Numbered from the stretch's first letter, positions 28,939 to 37,811 are shown. The stretch: DNA of 64,000 nt from a virus (IMGVR_UViG_3300029951_000013:24896-88895); one strand, 5' to 3'. Notes: a model not told the origin generated them from the sequence alone. Translations and numbers: made by a program.

Positions 28939-28986
28939 CTGTCAGCTCCTCCTGACATCCTGAACCCGTTCTTCGAACCGCATGAA

Positions 28987-29544
28987 GTGGAGACAGACCT
29001 GATGGACGACGAACCGCGCGGTGCCCGTACCCACGCCATCCCATTGCCGCAGGCCCGGCAGGTCAAACGGGCGATCAACTCCCTGGACCTCGGCCTGGAG
29101 GTGCGCAGGCCGCCCGGCACGGTCCACCCGATGGGTGATCGCGGCGAAGCGGCGCAGTACCTCGGGATGCTGAAAGCCGTCGTGGCCCAGATGGAGTACG
29201 GCCTGCGGGGCGGCCCGCTCCAGAACGACGTGCAGAAGGGCTGGTTCCAGGGTTTCGACCGGGAGACGCCGCCCATCCTGGCGAACATCGCCTCGCAGGT
29301 ACGGGAGTTGTCCGCGTTCGCCCGACAGGGCATCCTCCAGGTCCCGCACGCCTCGCAGCAGATGGGCGTCGCCGCTGCGGCTCTTCTGGCTGCGGCTCAC
29401 GCGTTCGCCGCTGCCGCCGAGATCGCGGTGGGCCTCGACTCACCGAACTTCGATGAGAACAAGGTGGTCAGGCAATCCGAGCAGATGTACGAGGCGTTCA
29501 GTGTGCTCGCCGAGTACGTGGCCCAGAAGATGGACGGCCTCTGA
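28987..29544 (+). CDS. Hypothetical helical protein
   Basis: 185-aa ORF with coding-like codon use; start may be ATG 29002. Confidence 0.7.
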   Translation: METDLMDDEPRGARTHAIPLPQARQVKRAINSLDLGLEVRRPPGTVHPMGDRGEAAQYLGMLKAVVAQMEYGLRGGPLQNDVQKGWFQGFDRETPPILANIASQVRELSAFARQGILQVPHASQQMGVAAAALLAAAHAFAAAAEIAVGLDSPNFDENKVVRQSEQMYEAFSVLAEYVAQKMDGL

Positions 29545-29550
29545 CCGGGG

Positions 29551-29838
29551 CTATTCCCGGGTGCCGACAGACTGCAACGCCGCGCGGTGCGCGTCCTGGA
29601 CGTCCCGCGCGGTGAGCCTGTCGTCCGGGTGGTGCTTGCGGCAGACCGTATGGCCGCCGGCTGTGGTGTGGCGGCCGAGCCGCCAGCAGCCGTGGACCTC
29701 GCAGTTGTGCTTGCGCAGGACCATCAGCAGACCGCCGATGATGGTGATCTCGCCGAGGTCCGAGCCGATACCGGACCAGAACGAGTAGGCGTGCCCGGCG
29801 GCATTGGTGATGCCGAACCAGATCAGGAGTCCGTGCAC
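29551..29838 (-). CDS. Small membrane protein with Cys/His tail
   Basis: TM segment, then HNCEVHGCWR and CRKHH. Confidence 0.7.
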   Translation of the reverse strand: MHGLLIWFGITNAAGHAYSFWSGIGSDLGEITIIGGLLMVLRKHNCEVHGCWRLGRHTTAGGHTVCRKHHPDDRLTARDVQDAHRAALQSVGTRE

Positions 29839-29839
29839 G

Positions 29840-30097
29840 TCAGCCTCCCGGGAGGATCAGGCCGTTCATCTTGGCCACCTCGGCGCGGATCTGGTCGGCC
29901 CAGCGCAGGGCGTCGTCCTTGGCCAGCAGCACCGAGACGGTGGTGTTGGGGACGCGCACCGCCAGGGCCAGCCGCTGGCCGCCGAGGGTCGGCACCACCT
30001 CGGTCACCAAGAAGGCGGGCACCTCGCCGACGAAGGGGTGGTCCAGGTCGCGCCAGGATCCCGGCTGGGCCCCGGTCACGAGCGGAGGAGTTGTCAT
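29840..30097 (-). CDS. Hypothetical protein
   Basis: ATGA-coupled start (MTTPPL). Confidence 0.6.
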   Translation of the reverse strand: MTTPPLVTGAQPGSWRDLDHPFVGEVPAFLVTEVVPTLGGQRLALAVRVPNTTVSVLLAKDDALRWADQIRAEVAKMNGLILPGG

Positions 30098-30498
30098 CGG
30101 CCACCGTCCACGTAGAGACCGACCGGGTATCGGACATGCGTCGAGTCGTACCGCTTGTTGGCGTCGGACATCCGCTGGATCTGGAAGTCGACCGGCAGTC
30201 CGGTTCGCTGCCTGCCCAGTTCGGACAGGGCCGCGCACATCAGCGACCACATCGGATTCGTTCGAGACGGCTTGACCAGCTTCGGGAACAGCGCGTCGAA
30301 CTGGGCGTCCGGCAGAATCAGCCGAAGGTCGACGTCTCGCCACGTCGTGCTAGTGGCTGACGAGCCAACGAGCATCGGGAACGAGTCGAAGGCGTCGTTG
30401 ACCTCGCGACCGAACGCGTCCAGATGAAGTGACGCGGGCATTCCGACGCCGATGGGGCCGACACCTCGGCTCGGGCTGCGGCGTTCGGTACCTGTCAC
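30094..30498 (-). CDS. Minimal nucleotidyltransferase (Pol-beta superfamily)
   Basis: LVGSS..WRDVDLRLIL and distal VDFQIQ; GTGA-coupled start. Confidence 0.75.
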   Translation of the reverse strand: MTGTERRSPSRGVGPIGVGMPASLHLDAFGREVNDAFDSFPMLVGSSATSTTWRDVDLRLILPDAQFDALFPKLVKPSRTNPMWSLMCAALSELGRQRTGLPVDFQIQRMSDANKRYDSTHVRYPVGLYVDGGR

Positions 30499-31118
30499 TT
30501 CGCCAGCACCGCCTGGAAGAGGCCGACCTGCTCGTGCCGTTCGATCTGCCAGCCCGCCCGGCGCAGCAGCGCAGCGTAGCCGTCCATGTCCCAGGCCCAG
30601 GCGTGCTCGGGGCAGTGGTTGCCGGGCCCCTCGTTCCACGGGCTGGAGCACACCAAGCGCTTCGACCCGGCACGCACCCAGCGCAGGACGTCCTCCGGGT
30701 CGGCAACGTGCTCCAGCACCTCGGTCATGACCGAGACCTCCCCTAGAGCCGCCTCGGACCGGCCTGCACCGAAGACGTCCAGGAGTTCGGCGTCCACCCC
30801 GCGCTCCCGCCAGCCGGCTTCGTTGGACGGCTGGAAGTCGTAGCCCCAGTGCAGTTGATCCGGCATCCCTTTGAGCAGGGAGAGAAGTCCGCCGTCTCCG
30901 CATCCCAGATCGGAGACGGTGACCCAGCCGTCCTGGCCCTCAGGGCGCGAGATGTCAGCGTGCAACTCGTAGACCGCCTGCCGGACGAACCCGGCGGCCG
31001 TCTCCAGCCGTGGCCGGTGGTGGTCCTGCTCCAGGTGCGGGGCCCGCTCGCGGTCGGCGTGGAACTGGGCGGTGGAGACGTGCGGCACCTCTTCGGTGAA
31101 CAGCCGGTGCTCGGTCAC
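30495..31118 (-). CDS. Class I SAM-dependent methyltransferase
   Basis: DLGCGDGG, GYD, EVLEHV.DP. Confidence 0.85.
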   Translation of the reverse strand: MTEHRLFTEEVPHVSTAQFHADRERAPHLEQDHHRPRLETAAGFVRQAVYELHADISRPEGQDGWVTVSDLGCGDGGLLSLLKGMPDQLHWGYDFQPSNEAGWRERGVDAELLDVFGAGRSEAALGEVSVMTEVLEHVADPEDVLRWVRAGSKRLVCSSPWNEGPGNHCPEHAWAWDMDGYAALLRRAGWQIERHEQVGLFQAVLAK

Positions 31119-31294
31119 GCGACCCACTTCCCGATGATGGCGAGGATCTCGGCAGGGTCCACCAGATCAGCAGTCGTCCAGTTCCCGTCATCATCCGGCA
31201 CCTGGTGCTCCCGGCACAGTCCGATCACCTGATTCAATGCCCCGGCCAGACCAGACTGTCCTGCTACCGCCGTGGGCCCTGCTCGCTCCGTCAT
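31115..31294 (-). CDS. Hypothetical protein
   Basis: 4-bp overlaps on both sides. Confidence 0.55.
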   Translation of the reverse strand: MTERAGPTAVAGQSGLAGALNQVIGLCREHQVPDDDGNWTTADLVDPAEILAIIGKWVA

Positions 31295-31476
31295 GGCGCG
31301 GCGTCCTTCGTCTTGTCGGGCCTGCCACCAGGACAAGTCGTACCGCCTTCGGCGGTCTGGCGGTTGTGCGCCGTGATCCGGGCCTCGCGCGGCCCGAGGG
31401 TCCGCACATCACCGCAGACTGGGCAGTAGAACCGGCGCAGGATCCCGCGCGGTCGGCGCGCGTAGGTCTGGGTCAC
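31291..31476 (-). CDS. Small zinc-finger-like protein
   Basis: CPVC..H..C; coupled overlaps. Confidence 0.55.
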   Translation of the reverse strand: MTQTYARRPRGILRRFYCPVCGDVRTLGPREARITAHNRQTAEGGTTCPGGRPDKTKDAAP

Positions 31477-32006
31477 AGCGACCGCCCGGTCTTCAGGTCG
31501 ACCGGGTCCAGAACGGTCCTCAGTCGGTAGAGGTCGCCCGGCGTGGCGTAGCCCGGCCAGCGGCCGTCGGCGAAGAGGTGCCAGCCGCCGTCGGCCGCCG
31601 CGCGGTCGGCCAGCTGGGAGCAGATCATGTGGCCTGTATCGCCGATGTACTCCCGTAGCCCCGGTGCCGGGAGGTGCAGCCGGTGTGCGGCGATCGCGGC
31701 GTAGTCGAGGAACGAGTACGGCACGCCGAGGTACGCCTCTGCTGCTGCGGCCACGGCCGACCCGTACTGGACCGGGCAGTGCAGCCAGGCCACCGTGTTC
31801 GAGGCGTACTCGGCCAGGGCCGCCTTGCGCGCGCCGCTGGGTTCGGCTTCCACGATCCAGCCGTTCCCGGTGTAGACGAACGCGTGTTCGTAGTTCACAA
31901 AACCGTCACCGTCGAGCCACTGAGCAGCCCTGATGCCCAGGCCCACGCCACTCTGGATCTGAGTCAGCCCGATGTCCCCCGGACTCGGCGTGTAGAGGTC
32001 GACCAC
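31473..32006 (-). CDS. Permuted papain-like NlpC/P60 (YiiX/YebB-type) protein
   Basis: PGDI, EHAFVY, VEA, GVPYS, ICSQL (His precedes Cys). Confidence 0.8.
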   Translation of the reverse strand: MVDLYTPSPGDIGLTQIQSGVGLGIRAAQWLDGDGFVNYEHAFVYTGNGWIVEAEPSGARKAALAEYASNTVAWLHCPVQYGSAVAAAAEAYLGVPYSFLDYAAIAAHRLHLPAPGLREYIGDTGHMICSQLADRAAADGGWHLFADGRWPGYATPGDLYRLRTVLDPVDLKTGRSL

Positions 32007-32021
32007 GGTGCGCTCCCAGTC

Positions 32022-33200
32022 TCAGATGTTGTCGCCGTCGGCGACGTAGACGAACCGCAGGGACGAGGCATCGGCCCCGTCAGTCACCAGGAAGGTGGCG
32101 GCCGTCCTGTTGTTCTTCCTGGTGCAGCCCTCGTACAGAGCGAGCTGCCGGACCAGCGGTGCCGTGGCGTGGTAGGCGTGCTTTCCGGTCAGGTCGCAGT
32201 TCCGGTAGGCCACCATGCCCGGGTTGGTGTAGTCCGAGGTGACCAGGGCACTGCTGAACGGCTCGAAGCCGAGCGCGGTGTCCGAGCAGCCGTCGAAGAC
32301 GACCTGGCCGTTCCACAGGGAGGTGATGACCCGGTGGGTGGCGTTGCGCAGCTCGAACCGGACGTCCCGGACGGCCAGCTTCTGGACGGAGTCGGCATGG
32401 CCCGCTACCGGGAAGTCGAAGAACTGGCTGATTCCGCCGTCGGCCCGGGTGCCCTCCAGGATGTAGCTGCCGCCCTGGCACTTCACGAAGCCGCCGCGGT
32501 CCATCCGGATGAAAGTGCCCGAATTGAACTCGATCTTGCAGTCGTTGAACCAGTAGTTGAGGAACTGGTCCTGCTGGCTGATCGCAGGCTGCATGCCGCC
32601 GTAGAGGAAGGCGATGCCGTAGTCCCCGCCGACCTGGCAGTTGTTCCAGCCGAACTCCGAGTTGAGGTTGTTGCCGTCCAGGCCGATGCCGTAGTTCCAG
32701 GTGCCGCGCCACTCGACGTTGTCGAAGCCCCAGTCCTGGGCCCCGGTGCTGGCGTAGCTGTAGAGGAACTCCGCACCGGAGGCCGCGCCCCGGAAGGAGC
32801 AGTCCCTGATCCGGACACCCATCCAGCGGTCCTGGTTGACGAACAGTGGACCGGGGCCGGTCTTGACGATCTCGCTGGTCCGCTTGCCGAGGCCGGTGAT
32901 GGTCAGGCCCTCGGCCCGGCCCGGCTTGGCGACCATGATGGTGCCGGACACCGGGTAGGACGCACCGGACAGCAGGACCACGGCCGTGCACACCGGTACG
33001 CTGCCGCCCTCGTCGGAGGCGAGGGACCCCTCCAGGTCGTCCATCAGAGCGGTGAAGGCGGCGGTCCAGTCGACCGGATCCTGCCCGCCCGCCACGTAGT
33101 CCTCAGGGCGAAGCACCAGGGCCTGGCGGCCCAGCAGGGTCTGGACGGTCGACGTCAGTGCGGCGAAGTCGGCTTCGGTCGGTACGGATACGGCGCTCAT
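32022..33200 (-). CDS. Pectate-lyase-like beta-helix protein (candidate depolymerase)
   Basis: DWTAAF, GASYPVS, GLTITGLG, Asn/Cys/Phe stacked beta repeats; ATGA-coupled start 33200. Confidence 0.65.
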   Translation of the reverse strand: MSAVSVPTEADFAALTSTVQTLLGRQALVLRPEDYVAGGQDPVDWTAAFTALMDDLEGSLASDEGGSVPVCTAVVLLSGASYPVSGTIMVAKPGRAEGLTITGLGKRTSEIVKTGPGPLFVNQDRWMGVRIRDCSFRGAASGAEFLYSYASTGAQDWGFDNVEWRGTWNYGIGLDGNNLNSEFGWNNCQVGGDYGIAFLYGGMQPAISQQDQFLNYWFNDCKIEFNSGTFIRMDRGGFVKCQGGSYILEGTRADGGISQFFDFPVAGHADSVQKLAVRDVRFELRNATHRVITSLWNGQVVFDGCSDTALGFEPFSSALVTSDYTNPGMVAYRNCDLTGKHAYHATAPLVRQLALYEGCTRKNNRTAATFLVTDGADASSLRFVYVADGDNI

Positions 33201-33604
33201 GACCAAGTCCTGGAGGCGAGTAGGGCGGCGGCGGCCCACACAGCGGGGGCGACCAGCCAGGGATCGGGGATGCCGGTGGTCAGCGCGACCGCGGCGGTGA
33301 GTGCCCCGGCCAGCCACCCCGAGCAGCACCAGGGGCAGCTGACCAGTTCGGCCAGCCAGTGGGGAGACCAGTCCGCCCGGTTGACGTAGCGGTTCTCTAC
33401 GCCGTCGACCGCCTGGTGGACGAACGGCTCCCCGTCTCCGGCCGTTCTCCGGAGCAGCGCCCACTCTGGTTCAGTCAGTGGCCGCCAGCCGCCTGCAAGG
33501 CGGTCGCGCACCCACAGCACCGGCGGGAAATCGTCCTTCGTGACGATCCGCGCGGCCCGGTAGGTGGTAAGCGCCATCAGGACCAGGAGGAGTGGCAGGC
33601 TCAT
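33197..33604 (-). CDS. DUF1360-like membrane protein
   Basis: YR..RIVTKD, ELVSCPWCCSGW. Confidence 0.75.
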   Translation of the reverse strand: MSLPLLLVLMALTTYRAARIVTKDDFPPVLWVRDRLAGGWRPLTEPEWALLRRTAGDGEPFVHQAVDGVENRYVNRADWSPHWLAELVSCPWCCSGWLAGALTAAVALTTGIPDPWLVAPAVWAAAALLASRTWS

Positions 33605-33912
33605 ACGGCTTCCCTCAGACCGGGGCACTGAGCGGCCAGTTCGCCGTCCGCCCAGGAGTGCTGCGCGTGGACCTCTTCGGCGTACCAGCGGGGACAGGGC
33701 AGCGCCAGCATGTCGCTGCTCCGGCGCTGGGAACGCATGTGCTGGTTCAGAGGCCATCCCTCGGAGTCCAGGTGCGCGCCGCGGTTCCGGTTGAAGTCGG
33801 CCAGGGCCTGCTCCGGATCGACCGCACTTCCGGCAGCGCAGGCAGGAGGCTCGGCACTACGCCCTGCGTACTTCTCCTGGATGTGGCGGAGCCCCCGCTG
33901 GAGGGCGCTCAC
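33601..33912 (-). CDS. Hypothetical protein
   Basis: Coupled overlaps with both neighbours. Confidence 0.55.
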   Translation of the reverse strand: MSALQRGLRHIQEKYAGRSAEPPACAAGSAVDPEQALADFNRNRGAHLDSEGWPLNQHMRSQRRSSDMLALPCPRWYAEEVHAQHSWADGELAAQCPGLREAV

Positions 33913-34274
33913 GCCTGGACGGCTGGTGCCGGTGCAGGCGTGCGCTTCACCAGGGTCACCGGGGTGACGTGGCCTCGGGAGATCAGCATCAGGAGCGCGA
34001 GGACGAGGCCGTTGACGGCCCCGACGACCCCTGGGCTGATGGAGAAGTGGAAGGTGGCCAGCAGGTCGACGGCGGCCACGACCAGGCCGGTGAAGGCGGT
34101 AGGTGCCAGCGGCCGGGTGAGGACGGCGGCCACGACGGCGAAGACAGCGGTGATGATCGCGGTGATGGCCCCGGCCTGGTCGGTCGTCAGACCGACGTTC
34201 AGGGTCACCACCACGGAGAGCACGGCGGATATGAAGGTGGTGATCAGGACAGGCTCGTTGCCCAGCGGCTTCAT
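33909..34274 (-). CDS. Multi-TM membrane protein, holin candidate
   Basis: NEPVL start, four hydrophobic segments, VTP tail; AGAAGGA RBS. Confidence 0.7.
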   Translation of the reverse strand: MKPLGNEPVLITTFISAVLSVVVTLNVGLTTDQAGAITAIITAVFAVVAAVLTRPLAPTAFTGLVVAAVDLLATFHFSISPGVVGAVNGLVLALLMLISRGHVTPVTLVKRTPAPAPAVQA

Positions 34275-34331
34275 CGGGATCCTTCTCTCGGTTGGCAGCA
34301 GTATGACCCGAGTGTTTTCAAGATCTGTCCG

Positions 34332-36704
34332 CTAGCCGATGGCCCGGGAGGCAGCCTTGCTGCCGAGGCCGGACCGGCCGGTACCCCTGGAAGTGGTGTG
34401 CACCAGTTTCTGCCCCCAGGCGTTCCAGACGCTGTTGTGCACCAGGATCCCGTTGGCGAAGAACTCCGGAACTTCCTCCACCGTCAGGTCATAGACCGGC
34501 CGCCTTCCTACGGGCTCGGAGATGCGCTCCACAGGAGTTGGAGCAAGTCGCGGGCACGGGCCGGTACTTGCTCTGCATGAACCCGGCGCCGCAGACGGGG
34601 CATTCAGCAGGCACCCTGTACCGGTCAGCCCGGTCGGACATACGCCGGTTGCAGGCTCGGGAGCAGTGCCGCGACTCTCCGGCATGCCGGGTCGAGTAGG
34701 TCTTTCCGCAAGCCTCGCAGGCCGAAGTGCGGGCCTCCCGGTTCGCGTAGCTGGCAGTAGCCTGCTGGGAATGCCAGGTCCGGCCTTCGTCACTCCGGTG
34801 CCAGTCCACGGCGAGGCCCCGGATAGCGTCCAGGTGGGCCAGCCACTCGGCGCTTCCCCGGTCGAAGTCTCCGGGATGTATCCGGGAATGCTCAAGGCGG
34901 GTGACGCACTGGAGGTTGGACGGGTCGTTGTTGAGAGGATCGAAGTCGACGTGATGGATGACGCAGCCGCGAGGTACACCGCTCGCTCCGTGAGCCGCCT
35001 TCCACACCTCGGTATGGAGTTGACCGACGCCCCGAAGCCGTTTCCCGTCGGCGTAAGCGGTGTAGTAGACCCGGGCCGACCTGTGTCCAGATGCCGGATT
35101 CCGGCTGTAGGTGATGCCGTTGAAGACCACGGACTCCTTCTCGGATGCCATGCCCCCAGTCTATCGCCCCAGACTATGGCGTCCAGTCTTACGAACCCTT
35201 TGCCGAGCACCCAGACCCGATGGTTGGCCGTCCCGGTAAGGGGGCCCGCAGGGGTGTCCACGCGGATGACCTCCTCGCTGGAGGACGTCATCCAGGAGCG
35301 CAGAACGCGCCGCCAGCCCTGTCGCGTCATTACCTGGTCGTCCGTAGTCACCGCTTCGATCGGGACCGGCCCCCGGCGGGTGGTGACCAGGGTCCCCGCT
35401 ACAAGGCAGGCGTCCAAGTGGTCCGGAGACCAGTCGAGTTCGGGGTACCAGGTGGTCATCTGATCTTCCAAAACTTCGAAGACGCCGGCATGCCTCCAAT
35501 ACCCCTGTGAGGTCAGAGCGCTGACAGGCTGCGCCCGGATCGCCTTGCCCCGGGTGGCCGTCACGATCCGGATGGGGATGTTCACCCCCATGGCCTCGGC
35601 GGCCGTCCGGAGAGTCGAGACGCACATGGCCCCGCCGTAGTTGGTCTCCACGAAGATCTCGTCCGCGTTCCAGTCCACGGCCGCACTGACCGCCTTCCGG
35701 CCCCACCCGTCCGGAGACAGGTGGCAGCTCCGGTCGTCCAGGACGAAGCCCTGGTGGCGGGCCCTGGACGGAGGGAGCGTCAGACCTTCCTCAACGGGCA
35801 TCACCGGAGGCAGTAGCAACCTCTTCGACTTGCCTACCACGATGATCCCCTGCTCCCCGGCTCCACCTGACGGGTCTACTCCGATCGAGATGCGGCCGAG
35901 ATCCGGGACCGACCCTGCGTCGATGCGGGCGGCATCAATCGTGGACCGCTTCCACAGGGCGTTCTCGTCCTCGTCAATCACCAGGCCCAGGAGTTCCTGC
36001 CGACCGAGTTGCGTCCCGCCGTACGCGTCCTCCAGTGCTTCCCTGATCGACAGCGGCAAGTGCGGGTTGTCGTACATGGACGCCCGCGTAACGACGGTGT
36101 CCCGGATGCCGTTCGCTGCCAGTTTCCGGATCAGGTCCCGGGGCTTGGGTGTGGTGGACCCGACCCAGTGCGGGTGCGGCCCGGCGCGCAAGCCGAACCT
36201 CATGTGGTCCCAGGCGTCCGCCAGGTACCGCCAGGCAGCTAGCTCCTCAGCCCAAACAGAGCACCGGTTCCCGCCAGAGCGGAGGCGCTCCACGTCATCG
36301 GCACTGTTGGCGCCGAACAGCTTGGCCTCGGAACCGTTCGGCCAGATCACGGTGAGCCCGCCGGGCCGCTGCACCATCCGGGCCGTCGGGTCGTGGGCGC
36401 GTATTCCGGACGGCCCTGCGAAGCAGGATGTGGCGGCATCGCCCAAGGTCGGCGCGATGATGCCGACCCAGTGCGGGACGGGGCCGGGCAGGCATGCGGG
36501 GCCCTTGACGTGCTCCACGATGTGGTTGGCGCAGACGTCCGTCTTCCCGGCACCGCGTCCGGCGAGCAGCAGCCAGCCGTACCAGTCCCCCGGCGGGGTC
36601 ACCTGGTGCGGCAGCGGGGTCCAACGCGGCGAGCGCAGCTCGGCGACCCGCTGGGCCAGCAGGTCGGCCGCCTTGCGGGCGACTATCTCAGCGTCACCGG
36701 GCAT
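34332..36704 (-). CDS. terL: Terminase large subunit containing a 325-aa intein
   Basis: AGRGAGKT Walker A, WAEE Walker B, TTP, GVDPS, ETNYGG, SPDHLDA/SVW. Confidence 0.95.
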   Translation of the reverse strand: MPGDAEIVARKAADLLAQRVAELRSPRWTPLPHQVTPPGDWYGWLLLAGRGAGKTDVCANHIVEHVKGPACLPGPVPHWVGIIAPTLGDAATSCFAGPSGIRAHDPTARMVQRPGGLTVIWPNGSEAKLFGANSADDVERLRSGGNRCSVWAEELAAWRYLADAWDHMRFGLRAGPHPHWVGSTTPKPRDLIRKLAANGIRDTVVTRASMYDNPHLPLSIREALEDAYGGTQLGRQELLGLVIDEDENALWKRSTIDAARIDAGSVPDLGRISIGVDPSGGAGEQGIIVVGKSKRLLLPPVMPVEEGLTLPPSRARHQGFVLDDRSCHLSPDGWGRKAVSAAVDWNADEIFVETNYGGAMCVSTLRTAAEAMGVNIPIRIVTATRGKAIRAQPVSALTSQGYWRHAGVFEVLEDQMTTWYPELDWSPDHLDACLVAGTLVTTRRGPVPIEAVTTDDQVMTRQGWRRVLRSWMTSSSEEVIRVDTPAGPLTGTANHRVWVLGKGFVRLDAIVWGDRLGAWHPRRSPWSSTASPTAGIRHLDTGRPGSTTPLTPTGNGFGASVNSIPRCGRRLTERAVYLAAASSITSTSILSTTTRPTSSASPALSIPGYIPETSTGEAPSGWPTWTLSGASPWTGTGVTKAGPGIPSRLLPATRTGRPALRPARLAERPTRPGMPESRGTAPEPATGVCPTGLTGTGCLLNAPSAAPGSCRASTGPCPRLAPTPVERISEPVGRRPVYDLTVEEVPEFFANGILVHNSVWNAWGQKLVHTTSRGTGRSGLGSKAASRAIG
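34489..35151 (-). CDS. HNH homing endonuclease nested out of frame inside the intein
   Basis: LHTEVW, IHHVDFDPLNNDPSNL, EHSRIH; two C-terminal CxxC..CSxxC zinc fingers. Confidence 0.9.
   Translation of the reverse strand: MASEKESVVFNGITYSRNPASGHRSARVYYTAYADGKRLRGVGQLHTEVWKAAHGASGVPRGCVIHHVDFDPLNNDPSNLQCVTRLEHSRIHPGDFDRGSAEWLAHLDAIRGLAVDWHRSDEGRTWHSQQATASYANREARTSACEACGKTYSTRHAGESRHCSRACNRRMSDRADRYRVPAECPVCGAGFMQSKYRPVPATCSNSCGAHLRARRKAAGL
35158..35163 (-). promoter_or_regulatory. -10 box for leaderless transcription of the nested HNH
   Basis: TAGACT-gggggc-ATG. Confidence 0.55.
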
Positions 36705-36724
36705 GGGCCCATGATGCCCGTGGA

Positions 36725-37192
36725 TCAGGCCTCGGCCTTCCGGCGGCGCTTCCGCTCGTGCCGGTGCCTGCCCTTCTCGGCCGCACTGATCTTCCGACGG
36801 GTGGCCGCTGACAGGTGGTGGTGGCTCTTGCTGCGCCGGGACTCCCGGGCCCGGCGCTTGCCCTTCTCTGCCAGACTGATCTTCCGGCGGGTGGCCGCAG
36901 ACTCCCGGTGACCCCTGTGCGGGTGCCGCTTGCCTAGGCGCTCCGCCCGCTCCTTCGCCCGGGTCGCCAAGGACTGCTTGTGCCCCTTGTGCGGGTGCTT
37001 TCTGCCGAGGCGCTCGGCCCGCTCCTTGGCCCGGGTGGCCGCCGAGGCCTTGTGGCCGCGGTGCGGGTGGTGCCTGCCGCGCTCGGCCGCACTGATCTTC
37101 CGGCGGGTGGCCGCAGACTCCGGCCGCCTGGCACGCCGGGCGCGGTGCGGGCCATCAGGCAGGGTCCCCGGTATCGGATATGACCTCGCCAT
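36725..37192 (-). CDS. Arg/His/Lys-rich protein of five NUMOD3-like repeats (start uncertain)
   Basis: ESAATRRKISAAERG, ASAATRAKERAERLG, QSLATRAKERAERLG, ESAATRRKISLAEKG, LSAATRRKISAAEKG. Confidence 0.7.
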   Translation of the reverse strand: MARSYPIPGTLPDGPHRARRARRPESAATRRKISAAERGRHHPHRGHKASAATRAKERAERLGRKHPHKGHKQSLATRAKERAERLGKRHPHRGHRESAATRRKISLAEKGKRRARESRRSKSHHHLSAATRRKISAAEKGRHRHERKRRRKAEA

Positions 37193-37748
37193 CGATCGCT
37201 GACAGCTTCGCCTGGGCAGCCTCCAGGGCGACCATCCGCTGCCTGGGGTCCAGGTTGATGGCACCGAGCCCGGCCAGGATCGCCTCCACCACGACGGTGG
37301 CCTCCAGGTCGGTGCGCTGCTCGAAAGCTATGGTCAGCGACGGAGAGGCGTCCAGGCCGTGGCGTTTGGAGTACCGCTCGCTGATCCGGCCGAGCCGGTC
37401 GATCGCCGCCATGTTGGGGCCGAAGTCACGGACCGGGTTTCCGTCGCGGTCCGTGACGACCTTTCCGCCCTGGATGAGCGGATGGCGGCCGGCGAGGATG
37501 GCGTACAGGGTGCGCCGCATACCGTCGTCGCGCTCGTCCTCGATCTGGCGCAGCATCTCGACACTCTCGGCGAGTTCGGCGCGGTGCTGCGCCAGGGCCC
37601 GGGATATGTCCATGTACGCGGCGGCTTTGTCACCGTGGTAGTGCTCCGCCATCTGGTCGGCGATCTGCTGGTAGGTGAAGCCGCTGCGCTTCAGCTCGAT
37701 GGCCTTGGTCCGCCGTGCCGCCAGGTGCGCCTGGTCTCCGGTGCCCAT
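37155..37748 (-). CDS. terS: Terminase small subunit (N-terminal HTH)
   Basis: AGGAGG RBS; AIELKRSGFTYQQIA, AIDRL..ISER..K.HGLD; upstream of terL. Confidence 0.75.
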   Translation of the reverse strand: MGTGDQAHLAARRTKAIELKRSGFTYQQIADQMAEHYHGDKAAAYMDISRALAQHRAELAESVEMLRQIEDERDDGMRRTLYAILAGRHPLIQGGKVVTDRDGNPVRDFGPNMAAIDRLGRISERYSKRHGLDASPSLTIAFEQRTDLEATVVVEAILAGLGAINLDPRQRMVALEAAQAKLSAIDGEVISDTGDPA

Positions 37749-37811
37749 GGGGAACCTCCTGGTCGGGGTCGCCCTTAGTGTAGGAGCGACCGCGCGGACG
37801 GAAGGACGCTG

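Larger units (their letters stand above)
34434..35408 (-). mobile_element. Intein (Hint domain) in the terL nuclease domain
   Basis: CLVAGTLV block A, GTANHRVW block B, VYDLTVE block F, FFANGILVHN/S block G. Confidence 0.95.

Noticed and set aside
36770-37120. CRISPR-like array
   Set aside because: Repeats are degenerate, irregularly spaced, in frame and explained by a protein repeat; no cas genes
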